From IMG/VR virus record IMGVR_UViG_2706795719_000001, positions 97,990 to 161,989 of that record: a DNA stretch of 64,000 nucleotides; one strand, 5' to 3'. Of the stretch, positions 36,975 to 46,564 are shown piece by piece (position 1 is the stretch's first letter; each line of letters begins with the position of its first letter). This DNA comes from a virus (Duplodnaviria > Caudoviricetes). Made by a program: the position numbers and the translations under genes. The notes below the pieces were generated by a model. The model was not told the DNA's origin, ran no database searches, and saw nothing but the letters and a program-made list of their open reading frames with translations.

Positions 36975-38144
36975 TTATAAGTATTTCTTAAATCCATCTA
37001 AAACTTCTGGATTAATATCTTCATCAATCTGAGAAATTAAATAAGAATCAATTTCAACTTCTTGGGGTGCTGATTGAACACCTTCAGAATTTAGATATTT
37101 AGACATCCAGACTAAAGGATTTTTAAGACCTTTATATGGACTATTTAATCCAGCATGACGCATTCGGATATCAGTAATATAGTCTACATAAGCTTTAAGA
37201 TTTGTATGATTCAGACCTGTAACGGTTCCATATTTAAATAAATCGTCTACCCAATCTTTTTCTTGTTGATTTACTTCAAGAAATAACTTGGTAGCTTCAT
37301 CTTTTAATTCTTCAGCAATCTTTTTCCATTCATCGCCTTCTTTGCCAGATTGCCATTGTCTAATCATATACTGGGTACCTTTAAGATGCAATTGTTCATC
37401 ACGGGCAATTAATTTCATTATCTTAGAGTTACCTTCCAGAACACCTTTATTTTCAAAGAAATTAAATGTACATGCAAAAGAAACATAAAAACGAATAGCT
37501 TCTAAAGCATTAATAGCATGCATACATAGATAAAGTTTACGCATTGCATTATCTAAGTCTTTTTCATATCTGCTCCAAGCGCCTAAAAGTGGCATTCCTG
37601 TAGGGTCTCTTTGCTCTTCTTCAGAAATTAAATCTTTTATATTTTCGTATTCTCTAATTGCCTTAATAAGATCATCATAATATTTTGTAATGGATTCTGC
37701 TCGGGCCATAATTGCGTCATCAAGAACAATCTCATCAAATTCTTTTGAAGGGTCTTCATAAAGATTACGCATAATATGGGTATACGAACGAGAATGAATT
37801 GTTTCACTAAATGACCAGGTCTGAATCCATGTTTCTAAAGATACATCAGAACAAATAGATAATAAAGCCTCTGAAGGACCTCTGCCTTGGATTGAATCTA
37901 ATAATGTTTGATATTTTAAATTATTAGTAAAGATTCTTTTTTCGTGTTCAGGTAATTTGTCATATTGTGCCTTATCTGTCATTAAGTTTACTTCTTCAGG
38001 ACGCCAAAAAAAGCTTAAAGCTTTTTCAGTCAAGTCTTCAAAGACCCGATGTTTTACTGTTTCGTAACGTGCAATACCTGTGGATTCACCAAAAAACATT
38101 GGTTGTTCCATAATATTGATTTGGTTTTTATTAAAAATGCTCAT
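36975..38144 (-). CDS. nrdB: class Ia ribonucleotide reductase beta subunit (intronless)
   Basis: FFWRPEEV, ETIHSRSY, LEAIRFYVSFAC, RDEQLH, APQEVE. Confidence 0.97.
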   Translation of the reverse strand: MSIFNKNQINIMEQPMFFGESTGIARYETVKHRVFEDLTEKALSFFWRPEEVNLMTDKAQYDKLPEHEKRIFTNNLKYQTLLDSIQGRGPSEALLSICSDVSLETWIQTWSFSETIHSRSYTHIMRNLYEDPSKEFDEIVLDDAIMARAESITKYYDDLIKAIREYENIKDLISEEEQRDPTGMPLLGAWSRYEKDLDNAMRKLYLCMHAINALEAIRFYVSFACTFNFFENKGVLEGNSKIMKLIARDEQLHLKGTQYMIRQWQSGKEGDEWKKIAEELKDEATKLFLEVNQQEKDWVDDLFKYGTVTGLNHTNLKAYVDYITDIRMRHAGLNSPYKGLKNPLVWMSKYLNSEGVQSAPQEVEIDSYLISQIDEDINPEVLDGFKKYL

Positions 38145-38145
38145 T

Positions 38146-38340
38146 TTAATCCTTAATTCTCTTTTTAACCACTGTATTATTTTTTAAAGCATTTTCATAA
38201 GCAGCTTTAATCAATTTTAATCTTGTAGTTTTATATTCTTTAATATTATCAAAATCTATCCTGGCGGAGCCAGGATATTGATTATAATTTGCATGATTCA
38301 CAGTCCGAGTCTTTTGATTCATCTTGATTATTTCCATCAT
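38146..38340 (-). CDS. possible small protein between nrdA and nrdB (start uncertain)
   Basis: overlaps nrdA 3' end and fills the gap. Confidence 0.4.
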   Translation of the reverse strand: MMEIIKMNQKTRTVNHANYNQYPGSARIDFDNIKEYKTTRLKLIKAAYENALKNNTVVKKRIKD

Positions 38341-40519
38341 TTGTATTGTGGTAATACATTGTTTTTCCACCTAATGACCAGAAATATAACATATCATCCA
38401 TGATTACGCTCATTGGTACCTTAGATTTTTCATAAATACTTGGGGTGTAATAAGTATTAACAGAAATACTTTGGTCTACAAACTTCTGCATAATAGCAGC
38501 TTGAGTTAAATAACCTTTCATTCCGCGTTTACTTAGGTCCCAGGCATAATCATAAAGATCTTCATTAAACTCAATATTAGGAACAACTTGATTAAACGAC
38601 CCGTCTTTAGAAGCTTTTGCCGTCACAGATTTTCTTGGTGGCTCAATACCATTTGTGCTATTAGAAACTTGAGAAGATGATTCACAAGGCATTAATGCAG
38701 ATAAAGTACTGTTTCTGATACCGTATTGCTTAAGGTCTTTACGTAAAGATTCCCAATCACAAACATATTCTGGTTTAACTACTTTATCAAGGTTTTTATT
38801 ATACCAATCAATGGGTAATAAGCCTTGAGAATATTTAGTTTCATGATAAAGCTCACAAGGTCCTTTTTCTTTTGCTAAATCAACAGAGGCCTTAATTAAT
38901 CCATACTGTAAACGTTCAAATAACTCATGAGTAAACTGTTGAGCATTATCATAATTTAAAAACTGCGAAGCTAAAGAAGCAGCATAATTAGTTACACCAA
39001 CACCTAATGCACGGCGTTTTTTAGCAATCAATGCTTTTTCTACAGGATAATCTTGATAATCTAATAAAGCATCCAATGCTCTAACAGCCACACGTGCAAT
39101 TTTATTAATTTGTTCTTGGTCTTGATAATCAAATGAATCAAGTACAAATGCTGATAGAGTGCAAAGTGCTATTTCCCCATCATCTTTACTAATATCACTC
39201 GTGGGTAATGTAATCTCTGCGCATAAATTGCTTAATCTAATAGGAGACGTTTCTCTAATAAATGAACTTTGTCTATTAACATTATCAACAAAGAATGGAT
39301 AAATTCTTGCTGTATTAGCACGCTCTGTTAATAAAATAGAAAATACTTCAGATGCCTTGATTCGTTTTTTACGAATAGAAGTATCTTTTTCTGCGGCTTC
39401 GTATAAATCACGGAATTTCTGTTCGTTACTAAAATAAGCATCATACATACCAGGGATTTCATGTGGACTAAACAATGTAATATAATCATCATTAATTAGT
39501 CGTTCAATCATAAGGTCATTAATTTGAACACCATAATCTAAATGACGAATACGGTTTTCTTCAATACCTTTATTATTTTTAAGAACTAACAATTTTTCTA
39601 ATTCAAGGTGCCACATTGGGTAATATAAAGTAGCAGAACCACCTCGAATCCCACCTTGGGAACATGATTTTACAGATGCCAAATGGGTTTTCCAAAATGG
39701 AATGACACCGGTATGGACAACTTCGCCAAATCCTATTTTAGACCCTTCAGCCCTATACATACCGGCATTAATACCAATACCAGCTCTTTTAGAAATGTAT
39801 TTTACAATAGCTGCATTTGTTTCATTAATAGAATCTAAAGAATCACCGCTATCAATAACTACGCAAGAACTAAATTGACGTGTTGGGGTTCTTACACCAG
39901 ACAAAATTGGTGTTGGTAAAGACAATTGCTTATCTGATACAACTTCATAGAATTCAATTACCTTTTCTAGTCTGTTTTCAACTTCTTCTTGGAATAAACA
40001 CATTCCAATAAGCATAAACGCATATTGAGGTGTTTCGTAAATAATTCCTGTTGAACGGTCTTTAACCATATATTTAGAAATAAGCTGCATAGTACCTGCA
40101 TATGTAAACTTAAAATCTTTGTCATGGACAATGTATTTTTCTAATTCAGAAATTTCTTGGGCTGTATATTTAGAAAGAATTTCTGAATCATATAATCCTA
40201 AATTCACATTACGAGAGATTAATTCAATAAATGGGATAGGATTAGATTGGCCATATACTTTTTTACGTAAAGCAATATGTTCTAAATTTGATGCAACATA
40301 TTGATAATCTGGTGTTTCTTTTGTTATATTAGATGCTGCAACTTTGATAATTGTTCTCTGGATTTGCTCTGTGGTCATGTTATCAATAAACATAGGCCTA
40401 GCAATTTCCATCACTTCATATGGGTCTACTGATGTATTTCTACATGCAATTTCTAGAACATTAATAATTTTAGATTCGTCAAAATCTTGAGTTACACCCG
40501 ATGATTTAATTACTTTCAT
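38282..40519 (-). CDS. nrdA: class Ia ribonucleotide reductase alpha subunit
   Basis: ATP cone, RQFSSCV, SNLCAEI, C-terminal CESCKL. Confidence 0.98.
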   Translation of the reverse strand: MKVIKSSGVTQDFDESKIINVLEIACRNTSVDPYEVMEIARPMFIDNMTTEQIQRTIIKVAASNITKETPDYQYVASNLEHIALRKKVYGQSNPIPFIELISRNVNLGLYDSEILSKYTAQEISELEKYIVHDKDFKFTYAGTMQLISKYMVKDRSTGIIYETPQYAFMLIGMCLFQEEVENRLEKVIEFYEVVSDKQLSLPTPILSGVRTPTRQFSSCVVIDSGDSLDSINETNAAIVKYISKRAGIGINAGMYRAEGSKIGFGEVVHTGVIPFWKTHLASVKSCSQGGIRGGSATLYYPMWHLELEKLLVLKNNKGIEENRIRHLDYGVQINDLMIERLINDDYITLFSPHEIPGMYDAYFSNEQKFRDLYEAAEKDTSIRKKRIKASEVFSILLTERANTARIYPFFVDNVNRQSSFIRETSPIRLSNLCAEITLPTSDISKDDGEIALCTLSAFVLDSFDYQDQEQINKIARVAVRALDALLDYQDYPVEKALIAKKRRALGVGVTNYAASLASQFLNYDNAQQFTHELFERLQYGLIKASVDLAKEKGPCELYHETKYSQGLLPIDWYNKNLDKVVKPEYVCDWESLRKDLKQYGIRNSTLSALMPCESSSQVSNSTNGIEPPRKSVTAKASKDGSFNQVVPNIEFNEDLYDYAWDLSKRGMKGYLTQAAIMQKFVDQSISVNTYYTPSIYEKSKVPMSVIMDDMLYFWSLGGKTMYYHNTNDGNNQDESKDSDCESCKL

Positions 40520-40530
40520 TTTTGTCCTTT

Positions 40531-41097
40531 CTAATTATAATATTGATCTATTTTTCTAATATGGTTTTGGATAAACGAACTTAATATAGATGCCAATTTT
40601 ATAGAATTTTCTATATTGTAGCATATCATAATCTTTTTATCACACGATGCTAAAGAAAACATATAAAGTAGTTCTTTATTTTCAGAATTTAAATAACTGA
40701 CAATAGATATTGCAGAAGAAAAATGTTTAGTGTTTTGGTCATCTGTTAAAAATTCTTTTATACATATTTCTGACTTAGATTCAGCATAGTCTTTCCAAGT
40801 ATCTAAATATTTCACAAGCTTATTAAGTTTAGTTTTATAATGTGTCAGAATTTTATCTGTATTAGTTTTATTAGGGCTTTTACCGTATATGTAAAAACTC
40901 GGTGTATGTAAAATAATATACTTAGACCCAAAATTAAATTTTATGGATGACACTAAATTTATAGGCCTATTTTTGTTTCTTATCTTTTTATACTCTAAAG
41001 AAATTGTTTCTGTTAAAACAACCCATTCTGATTCGTTGATTTCATAAAAATCATTATTGGATATTTCTATAGAATTATCAGTTTTATTAACATACAT
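40531..41097 (-). CDS. hypothetical protein
   Basis: long ORF; start moved to MYVNK. Confidence 0.6.
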   Translation of the reverse strand: MYVNKTDNSIEISNNDFYEINESEWVVLTETISLEYKKIRNKNRPINLVSSIKFNFGSKYIILHTPSFYIYGKSPNKTNTDKILTHYKTKLNKLVKYLDTWKDYAESKSEICIKEFLTDDQNTKHFSSAISIVSYLNSENKELLYMFSLASCDKKIMICYNIENSIKLASILSSFIQNHIRKIDQYYN

Positions 41098-41104
41098 AAA
41101 AATC

Positions 41105-41386
41105 TCACAAATAAATTTTATCATTAAACACTTTATTAACAACTTCGGCTATTATATCACCATGGCATGGTTTTGGCGAACAAGTGCAACCAAGTCTTGT
41201 ACCTCTTAAAACTTCTAGATGGGACTTAGTTATTTGTCCAGATTTTATTTTGTTAAGAAAATATTGCTTAAATTTCTTTATATTTTCTTCTCTAGTCCCA
41301 TCTTTAAAAGGATTACCGAACATAGTTCCACGTTGAATATTAATATCAAAGTCAGAATTATATTTATTAACTACTGTACAGATCAT
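41105..41386 (-). CDS. nrdA.1: DUF4326 / NrdA.1-like protein
   Basis: VVNKY.SDFDINIQRGT.FGNPF, LGCTCSPKPCHGDII. Confidence 0.85.
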   Translation of the reverse strand: MICTVVNKYNSDFDINIQRGTMFGNPFKDGTREENIKKFKQYFLNKIKSGQITKSHLEVLRGTRLGCTCSPKPCHGDIIAEVVNKVFNDKIYL

Positions 41387-41445
41387 TCCAAAACAACCAT
41401 TATAACAACTACAGTGACAATTATAATCAATACTAACGGATCCAT
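41383..41445 (-). CDS. 20-aa hydrophobic micropeptide
   Basis: MDPLVLIIIVTVVVIMVVLE; AAGGA SD, TAATG and ATGA overlaps. Confidence 0.5.
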   Translation of the reverse strand: MDPLVLIIIVTVVVIMVVLE

Positions 41446-41543
41446 TATAGTTCCTTAAACCAAGGTTGGGTATCTTCATACAAAAATCCTGCCATCAAAC
41501 AGATAACAGGAAACCAAATAATAAAAGCTAATAAGTATTCCAT
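41445..41543 (-). CDS. 32-aa single-TM micropeptide
   Basis: MEYLLAFIIWFPVICLMAGFLYEDTQPWFKEL; AAGGA SD. Confidence 0.55.
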   Translation of the reverse strand: MEYLLAFIIWFPVICLMAGFLYEDTQPWFKEL

Positions 41544-41544
41544 A

Positions 41545-41880
41545 TTAATCCTTTGGGCCCATAAAAGCTTTTAATGTTTCTTTAAGTTCATCAATCCTAA
41601 TGGATTCATTAAATTTATCTTTGATATCTTTAGGTGAAGATATACAATATGAGTTACAATCTATATCATGAATATATTCGAATTCTACACTTGCACCTGT
41701 ATATGCAAAAATATGCAATGAAGACCATGCATTAGGATTAAATTCTACTATATTATCTATTAGATCTATGTCATAAAGGTCTTTTAGTTTATGCAAATCC
41801 GAGCAAAGGGATTCAATAGAATCCCAAACACCTAAAATCTTTTCTGGTTCATCATAATAGGCTTGCACTAAAAAATTCAT
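41545..41880 (-). CDS. hypothetical protein
   Basis: AGGA SD, within operon. Confidence 0.65.
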   Translation of the reverse strand: MNFLVQAYYDEPEKILGVWDSIESLCSDLHKLKDLYDIDLIDNIVEFNPNAWSSLHIFAYTGASVEFEYIHDIDCNSYCISSPKDIKDKFNESIRIDELKETLKAFMGPKD

Positions 41881-41888
41881 AATAAATC

Positions 41889-42731
41889 CTATACACTAAA
41901 TGGGTATTTAATTGCAGGGTGATATTGATAATCTTGTATCTCAAAATCATCTACGGTAACCCAGGTTTCAATATCTTCTAAAGATTGAATGTTATCATTA
42001 ATAATAAGTTTTGGTGCCTCAAATGGCTCTCTAGAGATATGTTCTGGAACCAATTTAAGTTGGTCTTCATAGATATGAGCATTTGTAATTTTATGAAATA
42101 CACGCCCAAATTTATTGCCGGTAATTTGTGCCATTAAGCGTAATAAAACATAACACTGTACCATATTAAAATTTAATCCCAATGGGACATCACATGATCT
42201 TTGGTATGAAGTTAAATATAATGTGCTATTAACTAAAGAAAAATTATGTGTATGCATACATGGACGCAAACATCCTAAGTCAAATTCACCTGGGTTCCAG
42301 AAAGTAATAATTTCTCCACGGTCATCAATACCTTGGCTTAAATTATCATATACTTTTCTTAGTTGGTCTACAGAACCATTCCAAGAACGTCCTTGGACAC
42401 CGTAAACACGACCCATATCATCGGGTCCTTTACGATTAGGATTATTTAACCATGATTCGTTTTCATTTGCATTTGCATTCCATGTATTACACCCAATCTC
42501 ACGAAATTGTGCAGCACTTGAATACCCACGAAGATATCCTAGCAGTTCAGCAATAGCAGCTTTATAAAAACTTTTACGTGTAGTATCAATAGGAAATTCA
42601 GAATATTCTAGGTCAGCGTTAATAATAACACGACAAAACTTACCAGTTCGTTTATTATAAACATCTTGGCCTTCGTTATAAATTTTTTTCAGTAATTGTT
42701 GATACTGGTATTTTTCTAAGGTCTTTTCCAT
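41889..42731 (-). CDS. td: thymidylate synthase (intronless, non-T4-type lineage)
   Basis: [37 protein letters not shown]. Confidence 0.96.
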   Translation of the reverse strand: MEKTLEKYQYQQLLKKIYNEGQDVYNKRTGKFCRVIINADLEYSEFPIDTTRKSFYKAAIAELLGYLRGYSSAAQFREIGCNTWNANANENESWLNNPNRKGPDDMGRVYGVQGRSWNGSVDQLRKVYDNLSQGIDDRGEIITFWNPGEFDLGCLRPCMHTHNFSLVNSTLYLTSYQRSCDVPLGLNFNMVQCYVLLRLMAQITGNKFGRVFHKITNAHIYEDQLKLVPEHISREPFEAPKLIINDNIQSLEDIETWVTVDDFEIQDYQYHPAIKYPFSV

Positions 42732-42988
42732 TTATTATCTCTTACATAAACGGGTTGTTTAAACGATAATTTAAGTTGGTCTAAATCAACTTTTGCATCA
42801 GGTTCTGCGAATTCTAATTCACCGGTACCTAAAAGCTTACCATCAACCCAAAGCTCTATAAGTGTGATATCCGAATAATTTTTTCTGGAGTTTAAAAAGT
42901 TTTTTACATCTTCTAAATTAGTAAAAACTCCTACATTTCTACCGGATTCGCATATATTGACATCAGTAACAATAAGAATCTTCAACAT
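42716..42988 (-). CDS. hypothetical protein
   Basis: start moved to MLKIL. Confidence 0.6.
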   Translation of the reverse strand: MLKILIVTDVNICESGRNVGVFTNLEDVKNFLNSRKNYSDITLIELWVDGKLLGTGELEFAEPDAKVDLDQLKLSFKQPVYVRDNKWKRP

Positions 42989-43370
42989 TTTTATCAGCCA
43001 AAACAAAATAAATTTGCTCACCTTGTTTTATAAAATATCCGTACATTTTTAGTTCTGTTCCTTGAACCATAACATATCCTTCAGAAACAGCTTTAGCCAT
43101 GTCAAATAATGTAGTACGAATATAAACTAACCCATCTTTAGTTCTAATGCATGTACATGATGAATTTTGGTTTGAACCGAGTTCTTTTATATCACATGAG
43201 ATTTCATAAATACCATGTGGTATTTCTCGTTCTTGGCAATTTCTATAATTAGACTTAAAAGCCCTTAAAGAAACAGAATCTAAAAAGAATGTTCTTGAAG
43301 GAGGGGCTTTAACTAATTTCCATGAACATATTGGCTGTACAAACTTTTTATACAATTTAATTTCAGCCAT
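42963..43370 (-). CDS. hypothetical protein (tandem paralogue)
   Basis: W.LV.AP, PHG.YE, G.F.K.G shared with 43363-43764. Confidence 0.7.
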   Translation of the reverse strand: MAEIKLYKKFVQPICSWKLVKAPPSRTFFLDSVSLRAFKSNYRNCQEREIPHGIYEISCDIKELGSNQNSSCTCIRTKDGLVYIRTTLFDMAKAVSEGYVMVQGTELKMYGYFIKQGEQIYFVLADKNVEDSYCY

Positions 43371-43764
43371 TATTTAAATCCTCATTTATTAATGGATAAA
43401 GGCAAATAACACGCCCGTTTTTTCTAAAAATTCCTTTTACTGTAATGCAGTTATTTTCAATTTTAGTGTGGCCTTGACTAATAGATTTAAATAGTCGTGA
43501 TAAACATGTATCAACTTTAATACATCTTTTATCTTTAATGTCTGATGTTTTTAAATATAAGTCATGCCCATTACGTAAACATTCTCTATCTATTTTCCAA
43601 TCTTCTAATTCATAAACACCATGTGGCATAACTTCCACATATTCTTTTCGTAAGAGGCTTTTATACTCTTCAATAGTAAGGTCTTTAAAATATAAGAAAT
43701 TGGTTTTTGGTGCTTCAACAAGTACCCATTTAAACTCAGTCTCTAAAGGTTGAATTAATTTCAT
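43363..43764 (-). CDS. hypothetical protein (tandem paralogue)
   Basis: same shared motifs as 42963-43370. Confidence 0.7.
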   Translation of the reverse strand: MKLIQPLETEFKWVLVEAPKTNFLYFKDLTIEEYKSLLRKEYVEVMPHGVYELEDWKIDRECLRNGHDLYLKTSDIKDKRCIKVDTCLSRLFKSISQGHTKIENNCITVKGIFRKNGRVICLYPLINEDLNNG

Positions 43765-44345
43765 TTTTGTTCTCTTATCAAATGATTTTCTTCTATACAG
43801 TCATAGTGATTAAGCATGTAAATATGTTGTTCTATTTTCTTAAAATTTCTCAGTTTATCTAAGTCAACAAATACATCACTCTGGTAAATACAAGATTTTT
43901 TAATTTCAGTCCAAATAACTTTATCACAAAAATCAAATGAAGCTTCAATTAATCGTTTACCACCAATAATAGATACTAAATTTTTTAATTCAGGATTTCT
44001 TGTAAACAGTTCAAGTTCTTTACAAACTTCTTTAAGTTTATTAGAATCCCAAGGCCCAATAATTTCTCTATCTGCAGATTTACCATCTAATGATAATAAA
44101 GGTTCTCTAGGATCATCAACCATAACAATAGAATATCGATCTTTTAATTTAGGCATAGCCATAAAAGTTTTTGGCCCCATAACAATATATGAATCAACAT
44201 CAGTGTCAGGATTCACTCTAGGGGCAATTGTTCTGGACTTAAAGTTATCCATATCTTGTTTAATTCGATCCCAAGGAAGTCCACCCTTAAGTCCTATGCC
44301 ATATCCTTTTGGTTCTTTTTGGGTGGCAAAAATTGTCTGAATCAT
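43761..44345 (-). CDS. frd: dihydrofolate reductase
   Basis: GLPW.RIKQD..NFK.RT, VMG.KTF, SIIGG. Confidence 0.92.
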   Translation of the reverse strand: MIQTIFATQKEPKGYGIGLKGGLPWDRIKQDMDNFKSRTIAPRVNPDTDVDSYIVMGPKTFMAMPKLKDRYSIVMVDDPREPLLSLDGKSADREIIGPWDSNKLKEVCKELELFTRNPELKNLVSIIGGKRLIEASFDFCDKVIWTEIKKSCIYQSDVFVDLDKLRNFKKIEQHIYMLNHYDCIEENHLIREQK

Positions 44346-44371
44346 AATTCACCTCATTAATTTTGATATCT

Positions 44372-44442
44372 ATAGTATCATGATAAAAATCTTTGTAAAT
44401 ATTTTTTCACTAAAACAAAAAAGGAACCCGTAGGTTCCTTTT
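44372..44442 (-). promoter_or_regulatory. gene 32 terminator followed by early promoter for frd
   Basis: aaaaggaacc hairpin; ATTTAC-17 nt-TACTAT. Confidence 0.7.
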
Positions 44443-44447
44443 TAAGA

Positions 44448-45344
44448 TTAAATCAGATCATTTAAGATATCATCTACAGATTGGTCACTTGTAGAAACAC
44501 TTTCACCTAAATCAACCGGATCATTAAATGCATTCATTTGTTTAGAAAAATCATCTTGAGTAGATAAATTCTCTAATTCTGCATCAATATCAGCTGAAGC
44601 ACTAGAAGCAGAACCAGCAACCATACTTACACCCATAACTTGTTTAAACTTAGTTTCAAGTTCTGCATATGGTTTAAATTGGTCTTTAGCTACGATTGTT
44701 TGTAAATCTACACATTGATCAATAATTGATTTCTGTACAGCTTCATCATCAATATTAGGAATTTCTGATTGAGCGTAGAATTTACAATCATCATAATTAG
44801 GGAAACCACTTACTTTTTTAACTTTAAGAGCAAAGTTAGCACCTTCAAAAGGACAGAAAATATTAACCGGAGTTTCGCCCATTTCAATATCAACGTTGGC
44901 CATGGCATCAATTTTATCCATGATTTTTTGACCAAACCGATATTTAAATACTTTACCTTCATTTTCAGGAGAATTAGGGTCTTTAACTACTAAAATATTA
45001 GCCCAATAAGAATGTTTACGTTTAATCAGTTTATATTCTTCTGGATTAGTATTATATGAGTCTTTTTCTGATAGATATTTACACACTGGGCATGATTCAT
45101 AATCCCCATGGGTAGAACTACAATTATTGATATACCATTTACCGTTTTTCTTAAATCCATGATTTGTTAATTTAACAAACGGAGTAGCATTGTCATCTTT
45201 AGCTGGTAAGAAACGAATAACTGCGTTACCATTACCTGCGGCATCAGTTTTTAATTTCCATTCGTTTTTATCTTCAGATTGGAAACCACCTTTTAAGCCA
45301 GCTAATTGTTCTTGAAGTTCTGTTACTGATTTACGTTTAAACAT
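44448..45344 (-). CDS. 32: single-stranded DNA-binding protein gp32
   Basis: MFKRKS, G.AVIRFLP, HGD..SCPVC, acidic tail. Confidence 0.98.
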   Translation of the reverse strand: MFKRKSVTELQEQLAGLKGGFQSEDKNEWKLKTDAAGNGNAVIRFLPAKDDNATPFVKLTNHGFKKNGKWYINNCSSTHGDYESCPVCKYLSEKDSYNTNPEEYKLIKRKHSYWANILVVKDPNSPENEGKVFKYRFGQKIMDKIDAMANVDIEMGETPVNIFCPFEGANFALKVKKVSGFPNYDDCKFYAQSEIPNIDDEAVQKSIIDQCVDLQTIVAKDQFKPYAELETKFKQVMGVSMVAGSASSASADIDAELENLSTQDDFSKQMNAFNDPVDLGESVSTSDQSVDDILNDLI

Positions 45345-45384
45345 ATTTTTACCTTACTTTATTTACGGTTTTACTTTATTTACT
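45345..45384 (-). promoter_or_regulatory. putative unstructured gp32 autogenous translational operator
   Basis: reiterated GTAAATAAA/GTAA motifs in the leader. Confidence 0.6.
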
Positions 45385-46038
45385 TTAATACTTACATGCA
45401 TTGATTGTTTCTACAAAAACTTTCTTTGCAGTTTCACTATCTATTTCTAGAAGTTTTTTGTATGCATTTAATTTAGTCGAATAAGTGGACCAAACTAAAT
45501 CATTAGAACATTGGTCATGTTTATTTATAATACCTAAAAATGAATCAAGAAGAATAAACGTTTCATAACCAATAATATTGGATTGGAGAAGTTTGAATAT
45601 ATATGAAGTTTGGGTCTTAGTATTATATTCAAATATCTCTTTAAGCGTTTGAACATTTATTTTTTTAGAAAAGTAATAAATATTTTTAAGGTCTTCTTTA
45701 TATACTTCAGAAAGACCTTGTAATTTACCTACATATTCTCGATAAAACACTAACGCATCTGCATCTGATATTTCACCTATCCATGCATCCTGGTTTGCTA
45801 CTAAATTAGAAATAAAAATATAAACAAGTTCATTAAGTTTATATTTATCAGACAACTTTTCAAAAAAATATTTATCACGACGTTTATTATAAGCCGCATC
45901 CGATATACGCATAACCCAGTTATATTTAATTACATCGTATTTACCATTCATATGATTTTTTAACATCAGATATAATTGGTATACACTTTTACCGGTGATA
46001 TATTTATTTGAATTTGGTGGAATACGGACTTTAATCAT
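45385..46038 (-). CDS. 59: helicase loader gp59
   Basis: GKSVY.LYLM.K.H.NG.YDV.KYNW, KRRDKYFF. Confidence 0.96.
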   Translation of the reverse strand: MIKVRIPPNSNKYITGKSVYQLYLMLKNHMNGKYDVIKYNWVMRISDAAYNKRRDKYFFEKLSDKYKLNELVYIFISNLVANQDAWIGEISDADALVFYREYVGKLQGLSEVYKEDLKNIYYFSKKINVQTLKEIFEYNTKTQTSYIFKLLQSNIIGYETFILLDSFLGIINKHDQCSNDLVWSTYSTKLNAYKKLLEIDSETAKKVFVETINACKY

Positions 46039-46042
46039 AATA

Positions 46043-46312
46043 TTAAAATAAAAAATCTAATGTGTTTAATGTGAATGTTTTACGAACAGAAGGTCTTAAT
46101 TCATTGTTTTCTAAAGCTTCTTTAGTGATCTTATCAATTATTGCAGCTGGTAAATATTTGGTACATAGATTATATGGAATAGAATTTTCTTCTAACCAAT
46201 TAGTAGAAGCTTCTATATAAGAAGCTCCTTCTTTAACTTTTTGCTCTATTAAAGCTCCAACAATAGTTGGGTCTTCTATATCAATATTACTGTTTTGGGA
46301 ACAAAGAGTCAT
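46043..46312 (-). CDS. 33: late transcription coactivator gp33
   Basis: SY.EA...WLEENSI, LRPS, NTLDFL. Confidence 0.92.
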   Translation of the reverse strand: MTLCSQNSNIDIEDPTIVGALIEQKVKEGASYIEASTNWLEENSIPYNLCTKYLPAAIIDKITKEALENNELRPSVRKTFTLNTLDFLF

Positions 46313-46556
46313 ATAAATCTAATGCCTCATCAGTTTCAGCTTCAAAACGTTCACGAGTTTGTTTATGATAAATTGCAAAAATACGGGTCCACATTTTAGA
46401 ATCTACACCTAATTCATCTTTAGCTTGATTTTTAATGTCTTTAATTTTTTCGGCGTATCCTTCCATGATAGTTTTTTGGTCAGACGCTTCTTTAATCATA
46501 GCTGCTAATTTTTCACCATGTACTGCTTCATCAAATTCAATTTTTTCTTTAGACAT
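46287..46556 (-). CDS. dsbA: dsDNA-binding protein DsbA
   Basis: FDE.VHG..LA..IKEASD, ELGVD.K. Confidence 0.92.
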   Translation of the reverse strand: MSKEKIEFDEAVHGEKLAAMIKEASDQKTIMEGYAEKIKDIKNQAKDELGVDSKMWTRIFAIYHKQTRERFEAETDEALDLYDSLFPKQ

Positions 46557-46564
46557 AATTACCT

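Noticed and set aside
41387-41479. Cys-rich N-terminal extension of nrdA.1 in the ORF track
   Set aside because: Family similarity starts at MICTVVNK; the region is better explained by two coupled micropeptides in other frames
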